A DNA stretch of 30,134 nt from a virus (taxonomy: Duplodnaviria; Caudoviricetes): positions 1 to 30,134 of the IMG/VR virus record IMGVR_UViG_3300049135_000118; one strand, written 5' to 3'. The notes under the pieces were generated by a model, which worked only from the letters and a program-made list of their open reading frames with translations, ran no database searches and was not told the DNA's origin. The position numbers and the translations under genes were made by a program. This document shows, one piece after another, positions 1-7,470 of the stretch (positions are counted from its first letter, which is position 1; every line of letters begins with the position of its first letter).

Positions 1-168
1 GTACTGGGCTCCCGGGGAGAGGCGGTCGGTGCGGTGGCGTGGGCGGGGCCGCGGGGTCCAGCCGACGGCGACCTCGGCGGCGATCATGACGATCAGCGCG
101 AGCGCGGCCAGCGCGAGGAGGGCGACGACTGCGGCGGCGAAGCCGACGGCGACAGGCACGGGGATCAC
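1..168 (-). CDS. Small membrane protein, 3' end truncated by the window edge
   Basis: GTG at 168 overlaps the stop of the upstream ORF (GTGA coupling). My translation MIPVPVAVGFAAAVVALLALAALALIVMIAAEVAVGW... has one long hydrophobic helix. Confidence 0.6.
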   Translation of the reverse strand, partial: MIPVPVAVGFAAAVVALLALAALALIVMIAAEVAVGWTPRPRPRHRTDRLSPGAQY

Positions 169-917
169 TCGGACACCCCCGTCATGTCGCCGACGTACAC
201 GGCGACGTCGAGGCCGTGGAGGCGGCCGGTCGTCTCGTACCGGAAGATCCGTTCAGGCCGGTCGTGGATCTCCCAGCCATCCAGGTGCTTCGCGATCCGC
301 GCCGACTGGAGCGGCTGGCCGACGTAGAACGCGACCGGGTCCTTCGCGATCCGGGGGAGGCGGATGTCGGGCTCGGCTTCGAGGATGTCGAGGAGGGCCC
401 GCATTCCGGCGATCCACGCGGCGCGCTCGGCCTTCTGGGCGGCGTACGGCTCGGCCGGGCCGTCGGCGACATCGGCATCATCGGCCTCGAACCAGTCGGC
501 GACAGCGGCGACGTACTCGCTGACCGTCGGGTAGTCGCCGACGGGCTCAAGGACCGCACCCCAGTCGCCGTCGTTGACGGTCAAAGTGCCGTCCGCTGCG
601 ACGGTGATGGAGTACTGGTCGAACTCGTCCTCGTCGGTGGTGACGATGTATCCGCGCTTCGCGAACGCCATGCGGACCGCAGCGGCCGTGTCCTCGTCGT
701 GCTCGGGCTCGTAGTAGATGGGCGACGGCGCGGCCGGGCCTTCATAGCGCCACCCGCACTTGGAGCACCCGTAGGCGTCCGCTCCCGGGGTCTCCTTCGT
801 GAGATCGACCTCGGCGAAAGTCTCGCCCCACCCGCAGGCGGGGCACGTCTCGTCACGGACGATGCGGGTCGGGAGCGGCTTGTCGCCGCTCCGGGTAGTC
901 TGGTTGCTGGTCTTCAC
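165..917 (-). CDS. Phage early hypothetical protein with N-terminal Zn ribbon
   Basis: 250-aa ORF with CPACG...CSKCG motifs, an acidic middle region and a GGAG SD upstream of the GTG. Confidence 0.75.
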   Translation of the reverse strand: MKTSNQTTRSGDKPLPTRIVRDETCPACGWGETFAEVDLTKETPGADAYGCSKCGWRYEGPAAPSPIYYEPEHDEDTAAAVRMAFAKRGYIVTTDEDEFDQYSITVAADGTLTVNDGDWGAVLEPVGDYPTVSEYVAAVADWFEADDADVADGPAEPYAAQKAERAAWIAGMRALLDILEAEPDIRLPRIAKDPVAFYVGQPLQSARIAKHLDGWEIHDRPERIFRYETTGRLHGLDVAVYVGDMTGVSE

Positions 918-998
918 GACTTTCTCCGTTCAAGAGATTTCTGCTGTCGTGAGATCCGCCCCGGCGGCCAGGTTCAGTGGCCAAAGGGGCTTTTCTCG

Positions 999-1072
999 TT
1001 GCGGCGGAAGGGTTCGAACCTCCGACCTCCGGTCTCATGTCGACCGGCGCGCTACCTCTGCGCTACGCCGCT
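999..1072 (-). tRNA. tRNA-Met(CAT)-like gene with non-canonical anticodon arm (tRNA or pseudo-tRNA)
   Basis: Minus strand folds as AGCGGCG TA GCGC AGAGGTA GCGC G CCGGTC GACATGA GACCGG AGGTC GGAGG TTCGAAC CCTTC CGCCGCA A. D arm, T arm (GGTTCGAAC) and acceptor stem are intact; CCA is not encoded. Confidence 0.8.
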
Positions 1073-1141
1073 GGGTGGGCCGCCCCGCGTCCCTTCGGGG
1101 CGGCCCTGCCGACGACCTGGGGAGCGTCGGCGGGAAGTGGT

Positions 1142-1366
1142 CTATGCGGCGCGGGCGAGCGCTTCGGATTCCAGCTCGGCCGCCATCTCCTCGGCGGCGG
1201 CCTGGAGTGCGGGGCCCACAATCCGGGTGATGAGCCGCTCGATGTCCGGCGGGAACGGGGCGTACGCCTGGCCGTCCGCCGCGCAGTTTCTTGGCGGACC
1301 GGTGTTCGGCGTCGGCTTCGGCGCGGGCGGGGCACCCTGGGGGCGGTCGCCATCGTGGTTAGCCAT
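1142..1366 (-). CDS. Small hypothetical protein in the Cro operon
   Basis: 74-aa ORF overlapping the end of the HTH gene, with a GAGG SD; Pro-rich N-terminus and helical C-terminus. Confidence 0.6.
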   Translation of the reverse strand: MANHDGDRPQGAPPAPKPTPNTGPPRNCAADGQAYAPFPPDIERLITRIVGPALQAAAEEMAAELESEALARAA

Positions 1367-1592
1367 CGGCGTCCTCGCTTTCCGGCTTGCCGAGAAGCTC
1401 GGCGTCGATCTCCTTCACGGGCACCATCACGCGCTTGAGGTCCTCGTCCCAGATCCGCGTGTACCGGCCGGCCTTCTGGCGGCGAGTGATGGTCTTGCGG
1501 TCCACCCCGAGGAGGTCCTTCGCGTCGCTGGCGAGATAGCAGGTCACGCCGTTGACGTCGTACCTTCTGATCGCCTTCAGTGTCCCATGCAT
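1359..1592 (-). CDS. Cro-like / excisionase-like HTH DNA-binding protein
   Basis: 77 aa with a MerR/Xis-type winged HTH pattern (YLASDAKDLLGVDRKTITRRQKAG). Divergent from the repressor; start codon lies inside an operator palindrome. Confidence 0.75.
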   Translation of the reverse strand: MHGTLKAIRRYDVNGVTCYLASDAKDLLGVDRKTITRRQKAGRYTRIWDEDLKRVMVPVKEIDAELLGKPESEDADG

Positions 1593-1834
1593 GGGACAAG
1601 TTAAGCACGTATCCCACGCGTGGGACAGTGACCGTTAGGATGACATGAGGTTGTCCGAAAGTACTATTCCTGTCCTGTGCATGGGACATCATCATGGTTC
1701 CATGAGAATCAGAGAGCAGCCCTTCCGGGCGCGGGCGCGCCGAAGGGTGTTCCACGCGAGGGACAAACCGTCCAGCTACCGACAGCGGCAGACGAAGCGC
1801 CTTTACGCTCTATACATGTCCCATCCAGAGGACA
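1581..1834. promoter_or_regulatory. Immunity switch with five 18-bp operators, consensus TGTCCCAYGCRTGGGACA
   Basis: 1581-1598 TGTCCCATGCATGGGACA (perfect palindrome), 1610-1627 TATCCCACGCGTGGGACA, 1671-1688 TGTCCTGTGCATGGGACA, 1748-1765 TGTTCCACGCGAGGGACA, 1817-1834 TGTCCCATCCAGAGGACA. Confidence 0.85.
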
Positions 1835-2238
1835 CCCCCCGGCAGAAGTTCGCGGACTGGATCGCGGGGGTGGCAGAGGTCTGGTCCTCCCAAGAGGAGG
1901 GCCGGACAATGGGGGAGTTCATCGAGGCGTCCGGCCTGGGACGGAACACCATCTACCGGTGGATCAACCGAAAAGACACCAAAGAGCCCAGCATCGAAGC
2001 GGTCAAGAAGTTCTGCGACAACCTCGGTTTGGACTTCGCCGTCCCCGCCGCGCTCCTGGGCTGGCTGGACATCGACGTCTCAACCCTTGAGGGACAGATC
2101 AGGCGGGCACGGGTCATGCTCAAGAATCCCAACACTCCTGAGTCCGACAAGGAGAGTTACCGCGCGATCCTGCGCAGCGCGGAGCTGATGTTCGAGGCGG
2201 CATTCAAGGACGAAAAGGACGAACGCAAGCGGGCGTAG
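1816..2238 (+). CDS. Immunity repressor (XRE/Cro-CI HTH)
   Basis: HTH TMGEFIEASGLGRNTIYRWINRK...PSIEAVKKFCDNLG. ATG 1816 is preceded by a -10-like TACGCT (1804-1809) 6 nt upstream, consistent with a leaderless transcript. Lies between cro and int. Confidence 0.85.
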   Translation: MSHPEDTPRQKFADWIAGVAEVWSSQEEGRTMGEFIEASGLGRNTIYRWINRKDTKEPSIEAVKKFCDNLGLDFAVPAALLGWLDIDVSTLEGQIRRARVMLKNPNTPESDKESYRAILRSAELMFEAAFKDEKDERKRA

Positions 2239-2409
2239 TCACCCGTACGAGTGAATCCGTACACGGTTGCGGTTCATGGTGGGTTGCGCCGCATCGGTTT
2301 GGAAACCCTTGCCTGAACGGACCATTGAATGTCATGAATCCGACACGTAGTGTTCTGTCCACGGTGCTGTCACGCCATCCATCCACACCGGACCACCGGA
2401 GCGCCACGC

Positions 2410-2817
2410 ATGACCGACCAACAGGAACCGCGGCCACAAGCCGCAACCCCCGTCCGGCCCTACCTCTACGGAGCCGTGCCCGCACTCGTCGGAACCGTCC
2501 TCGTCCTCGTCCACCTGCGGGAGCCGATCGTCCCGAACCAGCACCAGAGCGTCCTCATGAACTTCTGGCTTGCGTGCGTGTGCTCCACGCTCGCCTGGTA
2601 CCTGTTCTGCGCCCTCAGGCAGGTTGCCGACCGCATCTGCGGCGAGTTCGAAACCCGCCACGAACAACTCGTCAAGGAGGTCCGCAAGATACGACACGGA
2701 CAGGGACGGACCTGGCAGCGGCTCGACCGAATCGAACGCCAGGGACGAGCGCTCGGCCAGGCGTTCGTTGAAGAAGGCATCCCCGAGCAGCAGCAGGGAC
2801 CGAGACGGCTCTCATAG
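2410..2817 (+). CDS. Two-TM membrane protein with C-terminal coiled coil, downstream of the repressor
   Basis: GGAG SD before ATG 2410; hydrophobic segments YLYGAVPALVGTVLVLVHL and VLMNFWLACVCSTLAWYLFCAL. Confidence 0.7.
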   Translation: MTDQQEPRPQAATPVRPYLYGAVPALVGTVLVLVHLREPIVPNQHQSVLMNFWLACVCSTLAWYLFCALRQVADRICGEFETRHEQLVKEVRKIRHGQGRTWQRLDRIERQGRALGQAFVEEGIPEQQQGPRRLS

Positions 2818-2904
2818 GACGCGCCCGCAGGCCACCGGCGCTGGCTTGCGGACGCGAGGCGGCGGCCCCGGATGGTGGGAGAAGATCCCTGGGGTCGCCG
2901 CCTT

Positions 2905-4449
2905 CTATTGCTCCGACCCGTCCCAGTTGCGCCACTCGTAGCCGATCCGATCGGGATCGAATGTCCTCGACCGCTGCACGCCCCGCTTCAGTTCCAACCG
3001 GGCGAACATCCCCTTGACCAAGTCCCGGCGGCCCGCGATCTCGATCTTGTCCCACGCCCGCCACATCAACTTCTTGCGCATCTCCGCGTCGCCCGCGTCG
3101 CCGAGCAGGCCCATCAGCGTCCGCACCAGCGGCGGCATCCCGCTCATCTGCGATGCCGCCTCCGCCGCAGCGATCTGCGGCTGCAGCTCCTGCTTCGCGT
3201 CCACGTACTCGTCCATGGTCAGCAGGCCCCGCTTGACGTACGCCCACATCTCGTCGAGCTTCGCGCGCAGCTGGTCTGCCCGCGCCCGCGCGGCGACCGC
3301 AGCGGAGTCGTTCGGCTCGGCGCCCGCCTTCGCGAACAGTCCTTGCTCGGACAGGCGGGCGATCACCAAGCGCTTCACGTGCAGGTCCGCCCATTCCTGC
3401 TTGATCGCCACGCAGCCGTTGCTCTTCGCGGGGCTCCCGTCGGCGAGCAGGCCGCGGCACGCATACCTCGCGGCACCGGAGACCTTGTGGACTCCGACCG
3501 TCGATGTGCACTCCGCGCACGTCATGATGTTGGACAAAAGGTGTTTCGCGTTTCCCGGCTTGGAGCGCTTCCTCGACGGATCGGTCAGGAGGCGGTGCAC
3601 CGCCCACCAGGTGTCCTCCGACACGATCGGCTCCCAACCCCCCAGCATCAGCTCATCGGTGCCCGTCTTCGGGCGCATCCCGATGTGCGCCGGATTCATG
3701 ACCGTCCGCCGGACACTGTCGGGCCGCCAGCGCGAACCTCGCCGCGTCAGCGGGACACGCTTCGGGTCGTCCTCAGGCAGGTCTAGCCGTTGATTCAAAT
3801 CGGCGGCGATCCGGGAGATAGGTTCGCCGGCGAGGACCCGCGCGAACAGCTCGGCCACGACCGGGGCCTCGGCCGGGTGAGGGACCTGCCGCAGCAAGGT
3901 GCCGCTCTTCGGGTCGTACTCGCGGGTGTGCCCGAACGGCACCAGCCCGTCCGGCCGTCCTTCGCGCCTGAGCGCGGCCTTGTCGCGCTTGATCCGCAGT
4001 GAGGTCTTGTCGGACTCCGCCGCGGACTCCACCCCCTCGGAGGCCAGCACCTTCCAGTCCCGGGGCTTGCGGAGGTCGTAGGTCGTCTCGTGGCTGACGA
4101 CATGGACCGGGACGCCGTTGTCGCGGGCGAGGTCGAGGAACGTGGACCACTCCGAGAGCCGTCGAGACCCGCGCGAGGACTCCCACAGGAACACGAAGTC
4201 GATCGCCCCGGAGGCGATGTCGGCGACGAAGCGACTCCAGTCTTTTCGGGTCTTCGTGCTATAACGGGATGCGGACACGTCGTTGTCGCAGTAGACCTCG
4301 GCAACATGGATGCCGAGTTCTTCGGCGATGGCGCGGGCCTCGGACTCCTGCTGTTCGACCGAGGCGGCCTCGCGGGCGGTACCGCGACGCTTGTCACGTG
4401 AGACGCGGGTGTAGATACCCGCCCGACGAACCTGGGGTGAGATAAGCAT
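2905..4449 (-). CDS. int: Large serine recombinase (phage integrase)
   Basis: Catalytic GIYTRVS, YCDNDVSAS, WESSRGSR, recombinase domain, Zn ribbon (CAEC...YACR...GC) and coiled coil. ATG 4449 is preferred over the track start 4497, which runs through attP. Confidence 0.96.
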   Translation of the reverse strand: MLISPQVRRAGIYTRVSRDKRRGTAREAASVEQQESEARAIAEELGIHVAEVYCDNDVSASRYSTKTRKDWSRFVADIASGAIDFVFLWESSRGSRRLSEWSTFLDLARDNGVPVHVVSHETTYDLRKPRDWKVLASEGVESAAESDKTSLRIKRDKAALRREGRPDGLVPFGHTREYDPKSGTLLRQVPHPAEAPVVAELFARVLAGEPISRIAADLNQRLDLPEDDPKRVPLTRRGSRWRPDSVRRTVMNPAHIGMRPKTGTDELMLGGWEPIVSEDTWWAVHRLLTDPSRKRSKPGNAKHLLSNIMTCAECTSTVGVHKVSGAARYACRGLLADGSPAKSNGCVAIKQEWADLHVKRLVIARLSEQGLFAKAGAEPNDSAAVAARARADQLRAKLDEMWAYVKRGLLTMDEYVDAKQELQPQIAAAEAASQMSGMPPLVRTLMGLLGDAGDAEMRKKLMWRAWDKIEIAGRRDLVKGMFARLELKRGVQRSRTFDPDRIGYEWRNWDGSEQ

Positions 4450-4457
4450 ATGAGCAA

Positions 4458-4509
4458 CATAACGGGTACTCGTGCAACACTGAACACTGACGCTCAATAA
4501 CCCGATATG
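4458..4509. other. Candidate attP site (52 bp, central dinucleotide AA/TT at 4483-4484)
   Basis: Arms CATAACGGGTACTCGTGCAACACTG and CACTGACGCTCAATAACCCGATATG match as an inverted repeat at 17/25 positions (9/10 in the outer 10 bp) around a 2-bp core, immediately upstream of int. Confidence 0.75.
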
Positions 4510-4521
4510 AAGTCAGGCACG

Positions 4522-4565
4522 AAAGAGGCCGCCAGCCGGGTGTGGACCCGGCTGGCGGCCTCTTT
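4522..4565. terminator. Strong, probably bidirectional intrinsic terminator next to attP
   Basis: Perfect 20-bp stem AAAGAGGCCGCCAGCCGGGT / ACCCGGCTGGCGGCCTCTTT with GTGG loop and A/T runs at both ends. Confidence 0.85.
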
Positions 4566-4747
4566 TCCCCTCCAGAACCACACCATGGAGTGTCCTCTAT
4601 CTGACACCGGGATGGAGGAGGGAGCCCGGCCGCCGGTGCTGTCACGCTTGTACGGCCGGGCTCGCTTACGGGGGCGCAGGACGCGCAGGGACGATATCGC
4701 ATCTCCACAGGCCTGTACAGGTCTATGCAGACTTCATCGTGTGTGGG

Positions 4748-4933
4748 GTGAGCGAATCAGTTGGCAGACAGGTATCGATCTACGTCAGGGCAGACGACCT
4801 CGAGCTGTGGCGGCGCGCCGAGGCGTACGCGCGTGAGCGCAGGATGCCGGCGAGCGGCCTGGTGATGCTCGCCCTCGAGCGGTACCTCAACGAGGAGGAT
4901 GCTGAGCCCGACGAGGATGACGCGTCCCGCTAG
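4748..4933 (+). CDS. Ribbon-helix-helix (CopG/Arc-like) protein with acidic tail
   Basis: RQVSIYVRADDLELWRRAEAYARERRMPASGLVMLALERYL fits the beta-strand-helix-helix pattern. Start is GTG 4748 or 4739. Confidence 0.7.
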   Translation: MSESVGRQVSIYVRADDLELWRRAEAYARERRMPASGLVMLALERYLNEEDAEPDEDDASR

Positions 4934-5046
4934 GCGGATGCCGCCCCGGCCCCGCCCGAGCCCTAGGGCTCGTCCACCAATCGCGGGACCGGGAGTTTGA
5001 CGCCCGACCGTGACCGGTGAGCACACGGCCGGGCCTAGGTCCCGGC

Positions 5047-5211
5047 CTACGCCCGTAAGGGCCGGGAGCGTGGGGGCCGCCGTGCCCCACCGCGCGGCGG
5101 CCGGGAGCCCGTCCAGCAGGAGTGCCGGGCGGGCTCCCCTTCGAGAGGCGCGATGCTCTCGGTCTGTGGCGGCCTGGCCGTGGTCCTGGGGGGCACGGCC
5201 AGGCCGGTCAT
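5047..5211 (-). CDS. Possible small ORF (54 aa)
   Basis: ATGA coupling to the upstream ORF and GAGGT immediately before the ATG, but the sequence is Arg/Pro-rich and low complexity. Confidence 0.3.
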   Translation of the reverse strand: MTGLAVPPRTTARPPQTESIAPLEGEPARHSCWTGSRPPRGGARRPPRSRPLRA

Positions 5212-5528
5212 ACCTCGCCCCAACGGATCGCGAGGTGCTTCACGATGGCCTGCCCTTGGGCGTCGAGCCAGTCCTCCCCGTACTCGGCGCGGGCCTGCTC
5301 GGTCCAGTCGACGCGGGCAGCGTCGGTGCCGCCGGCGACGACGGTCCCGGCGTCCATAGCGCCGGCGTCGTCGATGACGCGAAGGAGCGCGTCGCGTCGG
5401 ATGCGGCGACCCCAAACCTCTACGGCCAGGCTCGCTGTCGTTGGGCCCGTGCGCCACTGTGCCGTGAGCTGGTAGTCGTCAGGGATCTCGGGTGGCGACG
5501 GACGCCGATAGCCGCGGGGGTGTGTCAT
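5208..5528 (-). CDS. Hypothetical protein divergent from the XRE regulator
   Basis: About 106-aa ORF with globular-looking composition (MTHPRGYRRPSPPEIPDDYQLTAQW...); alternative starts at 5552/5555. Confidence 0.6.
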   Translation of the reverse strand: MTHPRGYRRPSPPEIPDDYQLTAQWRTGPTTASLAVEVWGRRIRRDALLRVIDDAGAMDAGTVVAGGTDAARVDWTEQARAEYGEDWLDAQGQAIVKHLAIRWGEV

Positions 5529-5753
5529 CGGATGGTCCACCCTGTTGTGCATCAAAATCTGTCCCTTATGGATATACGGGCCGCCGTGGGAGGACGGCGG
5601 CCCGTGACTGCGCGTCCTGGTGACAACAACGCTACGATTGACGCGTGACCGGGACCACTGCCCGACAGTGCGTGTAGCGAGTGCGGTCCGCGCGCGTCTC
5701 CGACGTCGTCGGAGGCGACACGCTTACTGGCGGTACGCGTTTGGGAGGATGCG

Positions 5754-6860
5754 ATGCCGACGACCCCCCGACCGCGCCCTCGGCGCGGCATCATCAGCGG
5801 CTACCTGATCCGGTTGTGCAGGCTCTCGGCCGAGACCACACAGGAGGAGCTGGCGGCGATCATCGGCGTCGACCGCGGCACGATCCAGGGCTGGGAGTCG
5901 GGCCGTCGACCGATCACCGCGGCGAGCTACGGCGATGTGAACGAGCTCGCGCACCGACTTGTCGCGCTCGGCGCGAGGGGCGACCTCGTGGCCGCGCTCA
6001 GCCCGGCCACCGACGCCGATCTGCTTCTGTCTGCGCTGCTCGACATGCCGCCCGAAACAGTCGACCTCGACGCGCACCCGCTCGGCTGGACGGTCCTCAG
6101 CCATGCCGTTGTCGAAATGCTGGCGTGGGCGCTCGTCGGACATCCGCCGCGCGTCTGCGCCGAAGGGCCGCCCGCCCCGCGCCGCGGGCCCTCGGCCGAT
6201 CGGCCCGAACTCGACCCCGGCGAAGCGCGGGCCGTATTCGCGAACCTGCGCGTCCTGGCCGAGCGCGCCGCCGGCCGTGCGCCGCTGCTGCACCGCCAGG
6301 CGGTGTTCCTCGCCAGCGACGACCCCGACCTCTCGACGACGGCGCCGGCGCGGCCCGACCCGGATGCCATGGAGCACTTCCGGCGGGTGGCGGGTTGGAC
6401 CCCGCACTGGCCGCGGGCGCGGTCGCTCGCGATCGCGCTCGCTCGCGCTGGAGACCCCGAGCCGCTTCGCGGGTTCATCGAGCACGCGGACGACGCCTGG
6501 GAGACCGCGAATCTCCAGTATTGGGCGTACTGGTGCGGCGACGCGCACGACCGCCAGCGCAGCGATGATTTCATGGCTTCACGGTCGCTGCGCTGGCGCG
6601 GAACGCGCCTGTACGGGCACCTGACGCGGCGGCTCGACCCGTCCTCGTCGCGGACCGAGCTGAACATTCACACGCTCTGGTCGTTGCTCCGGGTGCGGCC
6701 GGGCCTGCCCGCCGACGATCCCGACGCGACGGCGCGGCTTTTGGGCCAGTCGGGCTTGCTGCTGGACTCCGGCGCTCTATCGTTGCGCGCGGAGGGTGAG
6801 CTACGCTCGGTCCGCTACGCACTGATGATGCAGGGGCACACCGCGGAGGGGCAGCCATGA
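5754..6860 (+). CDS. XRE-family HTH protein with a large uncharacterised C-terminal domain
   Basis: N-terminal HTH TTQEELAAIIGVDRGTIQGWESGRR, GGGAGG SD, and about 300 aa of Trp-rich helical C-terminus (ANLQYWAYWCGD). Confidence 0.88.
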   Translation: MPTTPRPRPRRGIISGYLIRLCRLSAETTQEELAAIIGVDRGTIQGWESGRRPITAASYGDVNELAHRLVALGARGDLVAALSPATDADLLLSALLDMPPETVDLDAHPLGWTVLSHAVVEMLAWALVGHPPRVCAEGPPAPRRGPSADRPELDPGEARAVFANLRVLAERAAGRAPLLHRQAVFLASDDPDLSTTAPARPDPDAMEHFRRVAGWTPHWPRARSLAIALARAGDPEPLRGFIEHADDAWETANLQYWAYWCGDAHDRQRSDDFMASRSLRWRGTRLYGHLTRRLDPSSSRTELNIHTLWSLLRVRPGLPADDPDATARLLGQSGLLLDSGALSLRAEGELRSVRYALMMQGHTAEGQP

Positions 6861-7420
6861 CGGACCTGGACGGCATCGCGACATACCTGCTCGAGGCCGG
6901 AAATCTGAAGAGAATCAAGCGTACGGGCTGGTGGTTCGCGCAGATTAAGGACCCTGAGTCTGTCGCCGAGCACTCCCATCGCACAGCCGTGGTCGCCATG
7001 ATCATCGCGTCCATCGAGGGCGCCGACCCCAACCGGGCCGCGCTGCTCGCGGTCCTGCACGACTCCCCTGAAACCCGCGTCGGCGACATCCCCCACGTCG
7101 GCCGCCGCTACCTCACCGCTGCCCCCGCCGAGGACATCGTTGCCGACCAGGTAGCGGACATGCCCGACCCTGTGGCCGCGTTCATCACCGGCGCCGTCAG
7201 TGAGTTCGAGGACAACGAGTCTCCAGAGGCGCTCTGCGCGAAGGACGCCGACAAACTCGAGTGCCTGATCCAGGCAGTCGAGTACCGCCACGGCGGTGCC
7301 AACGTTGAGGACTGGATCTCGAACAGCATGGCGTCGCTGAAGACGGACGCAGCCCGCGCGATCGCCGAGGCCGTGCTCCAGGCCGACCCGCTCGCCTGGC
7401 AGCGCACCCGACGCAGCTGA
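6857..7420 (+). CDS. HD-domain metal-dependent phosphohydrolase (YfbR/HDDC2-like 5'-deoxynucleotidase family)
   Basis: LKRIKRTGW, ESVAEHS, LHDSPETRVGDIP and DADKLE motifs; ATGA-coupled to the XRE gene. Confidence 0.92.
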   Translation: MTDLDGIATYLLEAGNLKRIKRTGWWFAQIKDPESVAEHSHRTAVVAMIIASIEGADPNRAALLAVLHDSPETRVGDIPHVGRRYLTAAPAEDIVADQVADMPDPVAAFITGAVSEFEDNESPEALCAKDADKLECLIQAVEYRHGGANVEDWISNSMASLKTDAARAIAEAVLQADPLAWQRTRRS

Positions 7421-7470
7421 CCGGCCGCGGCCAGATTCGCCCGGTCGTACAGTTGTGCGAAACTGTGATC

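Noticed and set aside
999-1072. tRNA as the integration target (attB/attL)
   Set aside because: It lies inside the phage early operon, the integrase is a serine type, and a better att candidate lies at 4458-4509.
1645-1815. N-terminal extension of the repressor in the ORF track
   Set aside because: It covers operator and promoter DNA; ATG 1816 with an adjacent -10 fits better.
1581-1834. Spaced palindromic repeats as a mini-CRISPR array
   Set aside because: The repeats are 18 bp and degenerate, spacing is irregular (11-59 bp), no cas genes are present, and the position between divergent HTH genes indicates operators.
4394-4708. Minus-strand ORF crossing attP, which could suggest an integration-split gene
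   Set aside because: It runs through a 20-bp terminator hairpin, overlaps int out of frame, and has no recognisable protein features. The plus-strand ORF 4507-4836 also crosses the hairpin and lacks features.
6857-7420. HD protein as DatZ of a Z-genome pathway or as a Cas3 HD nuclease
   Set aside because: No purZ/mazZ or cas genes are in the window, and the motifs fit the YfbR/HDDC2 type; substrate cannot be assigned from sequence.
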